A DNA stretch of 64,000 nucleotides from assembly GCA_039815185.1 (NCBI GenBank), contig JBCBZT010000015.1, positions 74,403 through 138,402 on the forward strand, given 5' to 3'. Source of the stretch: Cyanobacteria bacterium P01_A01_bin.123. Its GTDB lineage: Bacteria; Cyanobacteriota; Cyanobacteriia; Phormidesmidales; Phormidesmidaceae. A model generated the notes under the pieces. That model made no database searches and had not been told where the DNA came from. It saw only the letters and a program-made list of their open reading frames with translations. The position numbers and the translations under genes are program-made. Within the stretch, counting starts at the first letter, position 1. The number at the start of each line of letters is the position of its first letter. Positions 39,061 to 49,117 of the stretch are shown here, in pieces.

Positions 39061-40245
39061 TTAAACCCTGGGTACGCCCCAGTGAGACTCGGTTTGCAAG
39101 GCACAATCCACGGCTCCAAAAACGGCAGTTGTGGGTTGTTGATCGGCTGCAGGGGGTTGCACTGCCCCATTCGGTACCTGGGGGGCTACGGTTTGCCGCC
39201 GGGGTTGCAGCCGACAAGATTTTTCTAGGAAGTAGCCATTAGATTCTGAGGTGGGTCCCGTCCATACAGCCCTCAAACGCAGATCATAGCCATCTCCAGC
39301 GGCCAAAGGAACGGCCTGGAGTCGCCAATAGTTTTGTTCTGCTGCGGCTTGAAGGGAGGCTTTAGCCTGTCGCTCTAGGGGAATCATTTGCTCGTTTAGA
39401 TTGAGCAACCAACGTTCGACCCGAGGCCAGGGTACGTCGTTGAGTTGATTACTGAGGGAGGCTTCGGCTGCTGTCAGCAGGGGCACCCCCTGGGAAAGAT
39501 GCACCTGATTGGTTGGGATTTCATAGACAAACTCGCTTTGCTCAAAACTATCGGCCATCAGACTAGGGTAGTCTCGCAACCAACGCTGGATGCGAAAGTG
39601 AAACTGCATCCAGCCGCTTAGCAACAGGCTAAACATAAACAGCAACACCAATTGCTGACGCACAGCAGGATTCGGACGTTTGAAAGTCATGTTCCAGTTG
39701 ACCACGTTAGGAATAATTGCGATCGCCGCCGCTGCCAATGGCCAAGCCACCAGGGCTGGAGCAAAGTCTGACTCGACGTTCCAGGGGCTAAATACAAACC
39801 AGCACAAAATGGCGCTACTGATCCAGGGGCTCAAGGGTAGACCAAACAGGTTGAGTTGATTTTCATGGCAACCCCAACCCACGCCAATGGTGAGAAAAAT
39901 CCAGCTCAAGGTGCTGAGTAAGTTAACGGTGATTGAGCTAGCCTCTACATAATTTGCTAAGAGCGAAGTCACCCAAGAAAATAGGCTGAGCAGCAGCACC
40001 GTTTTCCAAGAATAGTATTGTTCCGGCGACAAAAATATTAGTGCCCCCCAACCACCGCCAATGGTTGTCAGCAGCCAACTGACTGAAATCAATAGGTCAA
40101 AGCTGCTTTCGTCTATTTCGACGCCGAGACGCTGGGCCACAAACAACCCTACCCAGCCAAAGATACCCAACCAAAAGAAACTCTGCCAGCATAAAGGCCG
40201 GTGGGGTTTGAGACTTTGGCCAAACTGATTGAGGCTTTGCAACAT
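39061..40245 (-). CDS. fraD: Septal junction protein FraD (DUF5357-like)
   Basis: N-terminal TMs, W.QFHFRIQRWLRDYPSLMAD.F..S.FV, periplasmic domain with C-terminal Cys pair; follows fraC. Confidence 0.75.
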   Translation of the reverse strand: MLQSLNQFGQSLKPHRPLCWQSFFWLGIFGWVGLFVAQRLGVEIDESSFDLLISVSWLLTTIGGGWGALIFLSPEQYYSWKTVLLLSLFSWVTSLLANYVEASSITVNLLSTLSWIFLTIGVGWGCHENQLNLFGLPLSPWISSAILCWFVFSPWNVESDFAPALVAWPLAAAAIAIIPNVVNWNMTFKRPNPAVRQQLVLLFMFSLLLSGWMQFHFRIQRWLRDYPSLMADSFEQSEFVYEIPTNQVHLSQGVPLLTAAEASLSNQLNDVPWPRVERWLLNLNEQMIPLERQAKASLQAAAEQNYWRLQAVPLAAGDGYDLRLRAVWTGPTSESNGYFLEKSCRLQPRRQTVAPQVPNGAVQPPAADQQPTTAVFGAVDCALQTESHWGVPRV

Positions 40246-40310
40246 CAGGCTGAGTTAATCAAGGGTGAAGCAACTGAGATGCCCATCGAGTCGATAAGCG
40301 GGGGGCGGCC

Positions 40311-40871
40311 TTAAAACCTGACAATAGCCGCACGAATCAATAGCAAAATCAAAATAGCGCTGAAACTCAACGCGTTGGCTTGAAGGACAGCCATGGCTTG
40401 GCGGGAAGGGGCAGCGATCGCCAGGCCGCCCCGCCTCGCCCGATCGTATTTTTGCTGTCGCGTCAAGGTTTGTGAAGTTTGTTTGGGCTGCTGCGGTTGT
40501 TGAACCCCTAATAACCACTGCAACCCTTCTAACCCCTTCATCTTGATAAAAAATGTGATAAAAAATGCCAGAACAGCAGCCATCAACAGAAAAACAATAA
40601 TTCTGGTGTCCCACGTGTCGCCAAAAAAGCGATCAAACAGGACATAGCTGATCACCTGTTGCTTGAATGCATCCGACAACAGCGGTTCGATGCCCAGCAC
40701 CGCAAACCAGCCTAAACTTGCCGTAAATAAGTTAACTGTTGCCGCATATTCAATGCTGGTCTTAAATGGCTGCCGCAACCACTGCCGCAGTACCGCTGCT
40801 TCCAACGCGATCGCGACCAGCAAAAATAAACATTGAAACGCGATCGCCCTTAGGGGCAAAATAGGCTCCAT
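40311..40871 (-). CDS. fraC: Filament integrity protein FraC
   Basis: PLRAI.FQCLFLLVAIALEA, SIEYA...NL, AVL.ANA.SFSAI. Confidence 0.82.
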   Translation of the reverse strand: MEPILPLRAIAFQCLFLLVAIALEAAVLRQWLRQPFKTSIEYAATVNLFTASLGWFAVLGIEPLLSDAFKQQVISYVLFDRFFGDTWDTRIIVFLLMAAVLAFFITFFIKMKGLEGLQWLLGVQQPQQPKQTSQTLTRQQKYDRARRGGLAIAAPSRQAMAVLQANALSFSAILILLLIRAAIVRF

Positions 40872-40956
40872 ACCCTCACTAAACCACTGGTGTCAACGAG
40901 TAGCGCAAAAGAACTGTACAAGCGTATCTCGTCTGACCGATTTTGGGTCAGTTTTG

Positions 40957-41493
40957 TTAACGATTTTGTTGGTTTAACAGGACATCGAGTTGCCGTTGTT
41001 GATCGATTGATAGCGCAGTATAGAAGCTGTCAAAAGCTGGACGCACATCCCCAAACACCGTATTAGCAGCGACGGCTAACGCTTGATACTGAGCCAGCTT
41101 TTCGGGTGCGGTTGGCATTTGTTCTGAGGCAGTCAAGTCGGCACATAGCGGGTTGAAAGACTCATTAGCGCTGACGGTGAGCGTATCCTTCACTGTACTC
41201 AGCAAGGCATTCTGGTTGGCCTCAAGGTCAAGCCGCAGTTCTAAAAATCGGGCACCCGCCTCAATGTATTCGTCCCGACGGCAATTGCACAAAAAATCAA
41301 TGCCGCTGCGATCATTCCCCGATCTGTCCGTTTGCTTCAAACCCAGTTGATTGAGATCGACGTCTTGGAACCTTGACAAGCGCTCAGCCGAGGCACTGGC
41401 ATTTAGCGTTGGTTTTGCCACAACCCAACCCAGCATGGCCATTAACCCAGCATTAACCAGTAAAGAAAGTTTGAAAGTAAGGCTGCGCTTCAT
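40957..41493 (-). CDS. Exported helical protein, Spy/CpxP (LTXXQ)-like
   Basis: N-terminal TM, TAPEKL, FY.ALS.DQQ.QLD. Confidence 0.55.
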   Translation of the reverse strand: MKRSLTFKLSLLVNAGLMAMLGWVVAKPTLNASASAERLSRFQDVDLNQLGLKQTDRSGNDRSGIDFLCNCRRDEYIEAGARFLELRLDLEANQNALLSTVKDTLTVSANESFNPLCADLTASEQMPTAPEKLAQYQALAVAANTVFGDVRPAFDSFYTALSIDQQRQLDVLLNQQNR

Positions 41494-41693
41494 CCGACCA
41501 GTTGAGTAGAGATATCGTCTGGAACTTTAGTCTATGCCAGTTAAATTTTAGTTCCTGCGATCGATCGCGCCAGCCAGGCTTGGTACTGATCCTGAAAATC
41601 GTCGGCAGTTTTGCTTCCCAGGGGCTCATCTTCTACTAAACTGCACTCGTTATATTGTTGAGCGTTGGACAACCCACGGGTGGAAAAAAGCTT

Positions 41694-43277
41694 ATGACTG
41701 CTGCACTTTGGCAACGGTACCTGGACTGGCTGTACTACCACGAAGGACTCGGTTTCTACGTCGATATCAGTCGGATGCGGTTTGGCGATGAATTTGTCGG
41801 CCACATGGAGCCCCGCTTCCAAAAAGCTTTTGAAGACATGGAGGCGTTAGAAGCAGGCGCGATCGCTAACCCAGACGAAAACCGAATGGTAGGCCACTAT
41901 TGGCTGCGCGACGCTGACCTAGCGCCTAATCCAGCCCTAAAACAAGACATCGTTGAAACCCTAGTGCAAATTGAAGACTTTGCCAGTAAGGTTCGCACAG
42001 GCGTCATCCATCCTCCCAATCACGACAAATTCACCGATGTCCTTTCCATCGGTATTGGTGGGTCGGCCCTCGGCCCCCAGTTTGTCGCCCAAGCCCTCGG
42101 CCCCGACTTTCCACCGCTAGACGTCCACTTCATCGACAATACCGACCCTGAAGGCATCGATCGCACCTTGGCCAAGCTTGATGAGCGCCTCGCAAGTACC
42201 TTGGTAATTGTCATTTCCAAATCCGGCGGTACCCCCGAAACCCGGAACGGCATGATTGAAGTCAAAGACCGCTTTGCCAAGAAGGGTTTAGACTTTCCCA
42301 AACAAGCTGTCGCCACTACAGGGGTGGGTAGCAATCTGCAAAAGCTAGCCCTGAGTGAAGGCTGGATTGGCACCTTTCCCATGCACGACTGGGTGGGGGG
42401 ACGCACCTCAGAACTCTCAGCCGTCGGTCTATTGCCCGCCGCCCTACAAGGCATTGATATTCGCTCTATCTTGGGTGGTGCTAAAGAAATGGACGCCGCC
42501 ACCCGTGTCCATGATTTAAAGATGAATCCCGCTGCGCTGCTGGCCCTAGCCTGGTACCACGCGGGCAACGGTAAGGGGGAAAAAGACATGGTGGTATTGC
42601 CCTACAAAGACAGCCTGCTATTGTTTAGCCGCTACCTGCAACAACTGGTCATGGAGTCCTTGGGTAAGGAACGGGATCTCGATGGCAAGTTGGTGTATCA
42701 AGGCATTGCTGTTTACGGCAACAAAGGTTCCACCGATCAACACGCCTACGTGCAACAGTTGCGCGACGGGGTACCCAGCTTTTTCGTGACCTTCATTGAA
42801 GTCCTGGAAGACCGCACGGGCGAATCGGTTCAGGTTGAGCCAGGGGTTACCTCTGGCGACTATCTCTCGGGTCTGCTGCAAGGCACCCGCCAAGCGCTGT
42901 TTGACAACAACCGCGAATCAATCACGGTTACCATTCCCCAGGTGAATGCCCACATCATCGGGGCATTGATTGCCCTGTATGAACGGGCTGTAGGGCTGTA
43001 TGCATCGCTGGTAAATATCAACGCTTATCACCAACCAGGGGTCGAAGCCGGTAAAAAAGCAGCGGCTGGGGTGCTAAAAATTCAGCTACAGCTCATTCAA
43101 ACCCTACAACAGGCCGAGGCCCCCATGACCTTGTCTGCCCTGGCAGAGAAAATGGGTGCTATGGACGATGTCGAAACGATTTACAAAATCGTGCGCCACC
43201 TCCACGCTAATCAGCGGGGGTTGGCCATTAATGGTGATCCCGGAAATCCTTTAGAGTTGATGATCACGGTCTTATAG
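41694..43277 (+). CDS. pgi: Glucose-6-phosphate isomerase
   Basis: [45 protein letters not shown]. Confidence 0.97.
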   Translation: MTAALWQRYLDWLYYHEGLGFYVDISRMRFGDEFVGHMEPRFQKAFEDMEALEAGAIANPDENRMVGHYWLRDADLAPNPALKQDIVETLVQIEDFASKVRTGVIHPPNHDKFTDVLSIGIGGSALGPQFVAQALGPDFPPLDVHFIDNTDPEGIDRTLAKLDERLASTLVIVISKSGGTPETRNGMIEVKDRFAKKGLDFPKQAVATTGVGSNLQKLALSEGWIGTFPMHDWVGGRTSELSAVGLLPAALQGIDIRSILGGAKEMDAATRVHDLKMNPAALLALAWYHAGNGKGEKDMVVLPYKDSLLLFSRYLQQLVMESLGKERDLDGKLVYQGIAVYGNKGSTDQHAYVQQLRDGVPSFFVTFIEVLEDRTGESVQVEPGVTSGDYLSGLLQGTRQALFDNNRESITVTIPQVNAHIIGALIALYERAVGLYASLVNINAYHQPGVEAGKKAAAGVLKIQLQLIQTLQQAEAPMTLSALAEKMGAMDDVETIYKIVRHLHANQRGLAINGDPGNPLELMITVL

Positions 43278-43325
43278 CTGTAGCCACTTTGTGCGCTACG
43301 GCGAGCCAGATTGCTTGTGTGCTGA
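43273..43325 (-). repeat. Truncated copy D of the 105-bp repeat, overlapping the pgi stop
   Basis: TATAGCTGTAGCCAC..TTTGTGCGCTACGGCGAGCCAGATTGCTTGTGTGCTGA matches the first half of copy C. Confidence 0.8.
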
Positions 43326-43729
43326 GAGGTTGCTTTAAAAGTATCGATGGTTACTTGAGTCGCCCCCCTGCTCCTCAATTCTGGATAGGGCTGATTCTTT
43401 AGCCGAAAGATATGTCTGAGGGAAAGCTACTGTCAAAGGCGTTAAAGGTTCTTGAGGCCCCCAAACCCCGAAATTTGGGGGCTTTGAGTCTTGTTCCCTC
43501 CAGGCTTGGGGGGCTAGAGGGGCCTAGATAACCTTTGAATTCCTTGACAGAAAATGCTACTAGAATTTTCTTCTGTAAGAGAATCATCCCTACCAATTCT
43601 GGGGGGTCTGAATTTCGAAACCCCCCAGACTATAGCCTTCCAGGCATACCAGTAAGGGGGCTTAAAGCCCTCCGGGCACACATGAAAAGGAGGCAAATGC
43701 AGCACGTTTGGGACTTCTCAAACAACCTC
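43326..43729. mobile_element. MITE-like element with C/G-run palindromic repeats
   Basis: Imperfect TIRs GAGGTTGCTTTAAAAGT / ACTTCTCAAACAACCTC; several CCCCC..GGGGG hairpins inside; no transposase. Confidence 0.55.
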
Positions 43730-45497
43730 AAAATTTCCAGGGCCAATTTAATCCGTTTTCTGCTAGATGAGTAGCTGCATCGGCTTCTATTGGTTTTGAA
43801 AACAAGAAGCCTTGACCAAAATCACATTTCATTTGTTTTAGGCATGCCAAATGATATGCCTTCTCAATCCCTTCAGCAACAACATCAACGCCAAGACTGT
43901 GGGCTAGACTAATAATTGACTGTGTTATGTTCAAGCTCGTATTTTCATTAGATATATCTATATTAGAAACAAAAGATCGATCGATCTTCAGCGTATCAAT
44001 CGGAAATCGATTTAGATAGCTGAGTGAAGAGTATCCTGTGCCAAAGTCATCAATAACGAGGGGTACACCAATCTCCCTCAACTGATTGAAAATTTTAATT
44101 GTGTGCTGGCTATTTTGCATCGCAATACTTTCCGTGATTTCAAGCTTTAGCTCACCCGATTTGATGCCAAATTTTCGCAGTATTCTTTTGATGTTTTGGA
44201 TTAAATGAGTATCAGACAATTGTTTCGCAGACATATTGACGTTGACGTATAAAATAGGCTGAATATCAACGTTTTCTCTCCATAGGTCAATCTGTCGACA
44301 GGCTTCATGGATTGTCCATATACCAATTTTATAAATCAGATCTGTCTCCTCTGAGATCGGAATAAAAATATCAGGGCTAAGTAGGCCACGCTCTGGATGA
44401 TTCCATCGGATTAGCGCTTCAAAGCCAACGATACTCTTTTCTGCGAGTGATAAGATTGGCTGGTAATAGAGTTGGAGCTGTTGGTTCTCAATGGCTTTTC
44501 TCAGATCCCCATCCAGTTTTAGGAGGCTACTGGCCCGTTGATGCATCTTTTCATCGAAGACAACAAATCTTGCTTTGCCTGTTTTTTTGGCGTTATACAT
44601 TGCTGTATCTGCATCTCTAAGGATCTCCTCTACGGTGCGATACTGTAAATGGGTTGAGGCGATGCCAATGCTAATGCTGGGGTAAACTTCTTGATTTTCG
44701 AGCTGTAACGGCCTTGCAATATATTCTTGGAGACGTTTTGCGATTGCTTTAGCTTCCTCTAAATTATCGATGTCATCTAGTAATATCCCAAACTCATCGC
44801 CACCCAATCGGGCAACCATATCACCAGACCGTAGACAAGCTGTAAACCTGGCTGCTAAGTGAATTAAGAACTGGTCACCGGCTAGATGCCCCAAGCTGTC
44901 ATTAATCATCTTAAATCGATCAACATCAATAAAAAGGATTGAAAATTGGTGATCTTTTGAGATTTGTTCTTTGAATTCTAAAGATTTACGCACTCTGGCT
45001 AAGAAGGCACTTCTATTCGGCAGGCCGGTTAAATCATCTGATTGCGGTTTTTGAATTCTAGATCTAAGTGTTTTTTCCTCTATTTCGCTATCCAGTAGTC
45101 TCATTCCTTGTTTATCTTTGCCTGAAAAAAATAAAATAACGTTTCTGATAGAATCTTCGAATGCTTTGCTAGACGCCAGATCACCTTGATATTCTAGGAA
45201 AATAGCGTGGACATCTCGACAAAACGTGATCACATCATATTGATTGAGTTCATGCAAAAGCACTTTCTGGCCATTCACGATCAAGCCATTTGTACTGGTG
45301 CGTCCTTTAAAGTCGCCATCAATAATCCAAAACTTACTGTTTAGAAAATATACAGATGCATGACATCTTGAAATGCCTCTATTGGCCAAGAAGATATCAT
45401 CATGGGAGCGGCGCCCGATTGTGTAAATCTTCTTTGTCAGAACCTCTACAAAAATATTTTCTTCTTCTCTGAATAGTAAAAACCTTTTTGACTCCAT
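43728..45497 (-). CDS. FHA-GGDEF-EAL signalling protein
   Basis: IGR..ISR.HA..STNG FHA, RSGD I-site, GGDEF, EALIRW, DDFGTGYSS. Confidence 0.93.
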   Translation of the reverse strand: MESKRFLLFREEENIFVEVLTKKIYTIGRRSHDDIFLANRGISRCHASVYFLNSKFWIIDGDFKGRTSTNGLIVNGQKVLLHELNQYDVITFCRDVHAIFLEYQGDLASSKAFEDSIRNVILFFSGKDKQGMRLLDSEIEEKTLRSRIQKPQSDDLTGLPNRSAFLARVRKSLEFKEQISKDHQFSILFIDVDRFKMINDSLGHLAGDQFLIHLAARFTACLRSGDMVARLGGDEFGILLDDIDNLEEAKAIAKRLQEYIARPLQLENQEVYPSISIGIASTHLQYRTVEEILRDADTAMYNAKKTGKARFVVFDEKMHQRASSLLKLDGDLRKAIENQQLQLYYQPILSLAEKSIVGFEALIRWNHPERGLLSPDIFIPISEETDLIYKIGIWTIHEACRQIDLWRENVDIQPILYVNVNMSAKQLSDTHLIQNIKRILRKFGIKSGELKLEITESIAMQNSQHTIKIFNQLREIGVPLVIDDFGTGYSSLSYLNRFPIDTLKIDRSFVSNIDISNENTSLNITQSIISLAHSLGVDVVAEGIEKAYHLACLKQMKCDFGQGFLFSKPIEADAATHLAENGLNWPWKF

Positions 45498-45845
45498 TAC
45501 CTTCCTTTAAAGCCTTGCTTAGATCTTGACTTGATTCAAATAAGTTTTTCAATTAAAGTTTTTTATCCTCTGACCTCATTCAAATCTATGGTTTTCTAAC
45601 CTAAACGCTCAAGTCTTCAAATCAGAGGCAGTTTGTCGGTCGACTTTTTCATCTGTTGATGCGACTATTCTTCCCAGAGAAAGTGCATTCAGAACTGGAT
45701 AGATGGAATTCTCGATTGATTTTGATGGAAGTCTGGCTTTGTCCGGAAGCATCGAAGTCGGGAAGCATCGAAGCTAGATATTTTGTGGTGGGCGATCGCT
45801 GATATGACAGATCGACCCGTACTTAGGCATCCGTGACCCGTATCA

Positions 45846-46709
45846 CTAGTATTTCGGGCGTGTTGCCCATCGGGCCAAGAGGCTAGTGATGAATATCAAC
45901 AATACTAAGATAAGCGCGCCCACCCAGGCTAGTTCTTGTTGGGATTCAAAGGGGGCGATCGCGAAGTTATAAATCAGCACCGATAGGGTAGGGGTGGGGT
46001 CGAATAACCCGGTGGGAAAGAAGGATGAATTAAGGGCCGTAAACAGCAGCGGAGCAGTTTCGCCAGCAGCGCGTGCGATCGCCAGTAAAATGCCCGTTAC
46101 GATCCCCGGCAAAGCCGCCGGCAGAACCAACCGCAACGCTGTTTGAGTCGGGGATAAACCAATGCTAGCAGCGGCCCAGCGCAAATCTGGGGACACAAAC
46201 TGGAGCGCTGCATCGGTCGTTCTAACCATAATTGGCAGCATGAGTACTGCCAATGCCAATGCCCCAGCCACGGCTGAAAACCCCAGAATGCCAGTCACCA
46301 CCAAAAGACCATAGGCAAACACCCCGGCCATGATGGCGGGAACACCGCTGAGCACGTTGGTGGCAAATCGGATGCTGCGCTGGAGACCCGAGTGGGGGCA
46401 AAATTCTGCGATGTAAAGGCCTGCCAATACGCTAAGGGGAACCGCGATCGCCGTGGCCAGCCCCACAACTAGCAATGTCCCCAAGATGGCATTGCCAATG
46501 CCGCCCCCGGTCACCCCTGGTGCCGGGGGCAGCTGGGTCAACGCCGCCCAATCTAAACGCCGAAATCCGCGAATTGCCAGGTAACCCAGGATTGACCCCA
46601 GGGGTAGCAGGCTAATCAGCGTCAAGACCGCCACTAAGGCCGTCATCGCAGTGTTAAACCATCGGCGCGAGAATTGGAGGCGCATCGGATCGAAGTTTTC
46701 CCCCCTCAA
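45846..46709 (-). CDS. pstA: Phosphate ABC permease PstA
   Basis: GGIGNAILGT, ARAAGETAPL. Confidence 0.94.
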   Translation of the reverse strand: MRGENFDPMRLQFSRRWFNTAMTALVAVLTLISLLPLGSILGYLAIRGFRRLDWAALTQLPPAPGVTGGGIGNAILGTLLVVGLATAIAVPLSVLAGLYIAEFCPHSGLQRSIRFATNVLSGVPAIMAGVFAYGLLVVTGILGFSAVAGALALAVLMLPIMVRTTDAALQFVSPDLRWAAASIGLSPTQTALRLVLPAALPGIVTGILLAIARAAGETAPLLFTALNSSFFPTGLFDPTPTLSVLIYNFAIAPFESQQELAWVGALILVLLIFITSLLARWATRPKY

Positions 46710-47677
46710 TGGGACTGGAATGGGCGAGTTACCCGATAGACAATCCCCTCAGCTAAGGCGTTAACCAGCAGCGTAATGCCCAATAGTGCCAACGCGGCAT
46801 ACATCAACGCTGAAATTTGCATGCCTTTGGCAGCGGCAAATTGGTTAGCAAGGAGGGAGGCAATAGTGTTAGCGGGGGCCAATAGGGACGGGCTGATTTG
46901 GTTGACATTGCCGATGAGCATGGTGACGGCCATGGTTTCGCCCAGGGCGCGACCCAGGGCTAACATGATGCCACCCGCAATGCCCGGTGAAGCCGCAGGT
47001 AAGAACACTCGGGCGATCGCATCCCAACGGGTTGCACCCAATGCCATGGCCGCAAAGCGGAGGTCGATGGGCAAGGCCATTAAGGAATCTCGAGCGATCG
47101 CGGTGATGATCGGCAGCACCATGATCGCCAGCACTAGGACTGCAGGCAACAGCCCTAGCCCCAAAGGCGGGGTGCTAAACAGCGGTACCCAACCCCACTG
47201 TTGATATAGCCAACGGGTCAGCGGTTGCAGCAGCGGCACCAAAACGACAATACCCCACAGGCCATACACCACGCTGGGGATAGCGGCTAACAGTTCGACC
47301 AAAATTCCCAGCACTGACCGAATCTGAGACGGCAGTAGATCTTCGCTCAGAAAAATCGCAGTGCCCACGCCTAAGGGGACAGCGATGAATAACGCTAGCA
47401 CTGAGCTGATCACCGTACCCCAGATTAGGGCTAAGGCCCCGTAGGTTTCTCTCCCTTCAACGGCGTTCCAAGTGGTAGCCGTAAAAAATGCCAGCCCATA
47501 GGTGCGGATGGCAGGTAGGGCAGCGTAGGTAATCATCCCGGCGATCGCCAGCAATAGAATCAGGATAAACAACGCTGCGATCGCGGTCAGTTGAACAATC
47601 CCCCATTCCACGCTTTTTTCCCATGCAGATCGGGCTTTAGAGGGAGGCGATGCAGGTGGGGGGGCTAGGATGGTCAT
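46706..47677 (-). CDS. pstC: Phosphate ABC permease PstC
   Basis: ELLAAIPSVVYGLWG, GRALGETMAV. Confidence 0.95.
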   Translation of the reverse strand: MTILAPPPASPPSKARSAWEKSVEWGIVQLTAIAALFILILLLAIAGMITYAALPAIRTYGLAFFTATTWNAVEGRETYGALALIWGTVISSVLALFIAVPLGVGTAIFLSEDLLPSQIRSVLGILVELLAAIPSVVYGLWGIVVLVPLLQPLTRWLYQQWGWVPLFSTPPLGLGLLPAVLVLAIMVLPIITAIARDSLMALPIDLRFAAMALGATRWDAIARVFLPAASPGIAGGIMLALGRALGETMAVTMLIGNVNQISPSLLAPANTIASLLANQFAAAKGMQISALMYAALALLGITLLVNALAEGIVYRVTRPFQSH

Positions 47678-47722
47678 AACGGTGGGGTGTAAACCATATT
47701 CGATGGGAGAATTTGGGTTTTA

Positions 47723-47910
47723 GAGGCCGCTTTAAAAGTGGTTGGCTGTGCCATTAAGCACTGCATGATCCCCCCTTACCCCCTTAAGCCCTCTGGGCAG
47801 GCGACGCCAAGAAAAAAGGGGGGAACAGCCTCTTAGTCCCCCTTTTTAAGGGGAATTTAGGGGGATCGCAAGCGTTTTGCCACCAAAATCAAGACCTTTA
47901 AGGCATCCTC
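47723..47910. mobile_element. 188-bp MITE-like element between pstS and pstC
   Basis: TIRs GAGGCCGCTTTAAAAGT / ACCTTTAAGGCATCCTC; internal GATCCCCC..GGGGGATC and CCCCTTTTTAAGGGG palindromes. Confidence 0.6.
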
Positions 47911-47974
47911 CTAGCTCAGGGAGCCAAGGATAGCCAAAACTTAAAGATGCGATCGCCCCTTATTTTGCCATCCT

Positions 47975-49063
47975 TTAGGTCTGAATCTTCTCAATGGCGG
48001 CCATCACCTGTTGGGCGACAGTTTCCGGCAGCGGCACATAGCCTAATTCCGCACTCACTTTTTGCCCCTCAGTGAGGCACCACTGTAATACTGAACGAAT
48101 AGTCTCTGCCTTGGTGGCGTCCTCATAGGTTTGATAGACCAAAATCCAGCTATACGTGGCAATCGGGTATGACTCGGCCCCTTCTGGATCCGGGGCAAAG
48201 GCCCGCAGGTTTTCCGGAAACACTACCGTACTCAATGCTTTGGCCGCAGACTCTACCCCTGGCAACACATATTGCCCTGCTTGGTTTTCCAGTGCTGCCA
48301 TCGTCATATTCAGCTGTTGGGCATAGGCATATTCCACATAGCCGATGGCCCCCTCTGCCTGCTGAATTTGGGCACTCACCCCGGCGTTAGCCTTAACCGC
48401 AACCCCGGTGGGCCACGGCACACTCAGGCCAGAACCGATATCACTCTCCCAAGCGGGACTGATGGCGCTGAGGTGGCTCGTTACCGCCGCTGTGGTGCCG
48501 CTGCCGTCGGCACGGTGCACCAAAATAATCGGCAAATCCGGCAGCGTCAGATCAGGGTTAGCCTCAGCAATCTTGGGATCAGTCCAGGTGGTAATTGCGC
48601 CGGAGAAAATCTCAGGATAGACGCTACGGGGCAGCTTTAAGCCGCTTTCGATGCCCGGTAAGTTGTAGGCGATCGCTACGCTGCCCGCCGTGATGGGCAG
48701 CAGAATCACACCCTGACTCACCTGGGTGATCTCGTCATCGGTCATGGCGATGTCGCTGGCCCCAAAGTCGATGGTTCCGGCGATCATCTGCTGGATGCCC
48801 ACCTCACTGCCCGTCGGCTGATAGTTGATTTGAACGTTGGAATGGATTTGGTTGTATTCCTCAAACCAACGCTGGTAGATGAAGAAGGGAAAAGATGCCC
48901 CGGTGCCGTTGAGCAAGATTGGAGCTGTGCTGGTCTCGGCGGACGTGGTTTGCGGGTCGGTTGATTCTGACGTTGGGGACTGCGGTTGGCAGGCGATGAT
49001 CCCCAGGGCGATCGCCAGGGCAATTCCCAAAAATCTGCTAAAGAAGCCGCGTCGGTTAAGCAT
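47975..49063 (-). CDS. pstS: Phosphate-binding lipoprotein PstS
   Basis: GTGASFP, DFGASD, HRADGSGTT, GYVE, YPIATYSW; IIAC lipobox. Confidence 0.95.
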   Translation of the reverse strand: MLNRRGFFSRFLGIALAIALGIIACQPQSPTSESTDPQTTSAETSTAPILLNGTGASFPFFIYQRWFEEYNQIHSNVQINYQPTGSEVGIQQMIAGTIDFGASDIAMTDDEITQVSQGVILLPITAGSVAIAYNLPGIESGLKLPRSVYPEIFSGAITTWTDPKIAEANPDLTLPDLPIILVHRADGSGTTAAVTSHLSAISPAWESDIGSGLSVPWPTGVAVKANAGVSAQIQQAEGAIGYVEYAYAQQLNMTMAALENQAGQYVLPGVESAAKALSTVVFPENLRAFAPDPEGAESYPIATYSWILVYQTYEDATKAETIRSVLQWCLTEGQKVSAELGYVPLPETVAQQVMAAIEKIQT

Positions 49064-49117
49064 CGTGGAGAGTTTGACTGGATTTGAGCGAGTTAAATAA
49101 GGGTTTAGGCGCGATCG

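Noticed and set aside
43399..43774. Three short ORFs
   Set aside because: Lie within the MITE-like palindromic region
49070..49108. Pho box-like repeats CTAAACCC/TTTAACTC before pstS
   Set aside because: Only two imperfect units and very close to the start codon
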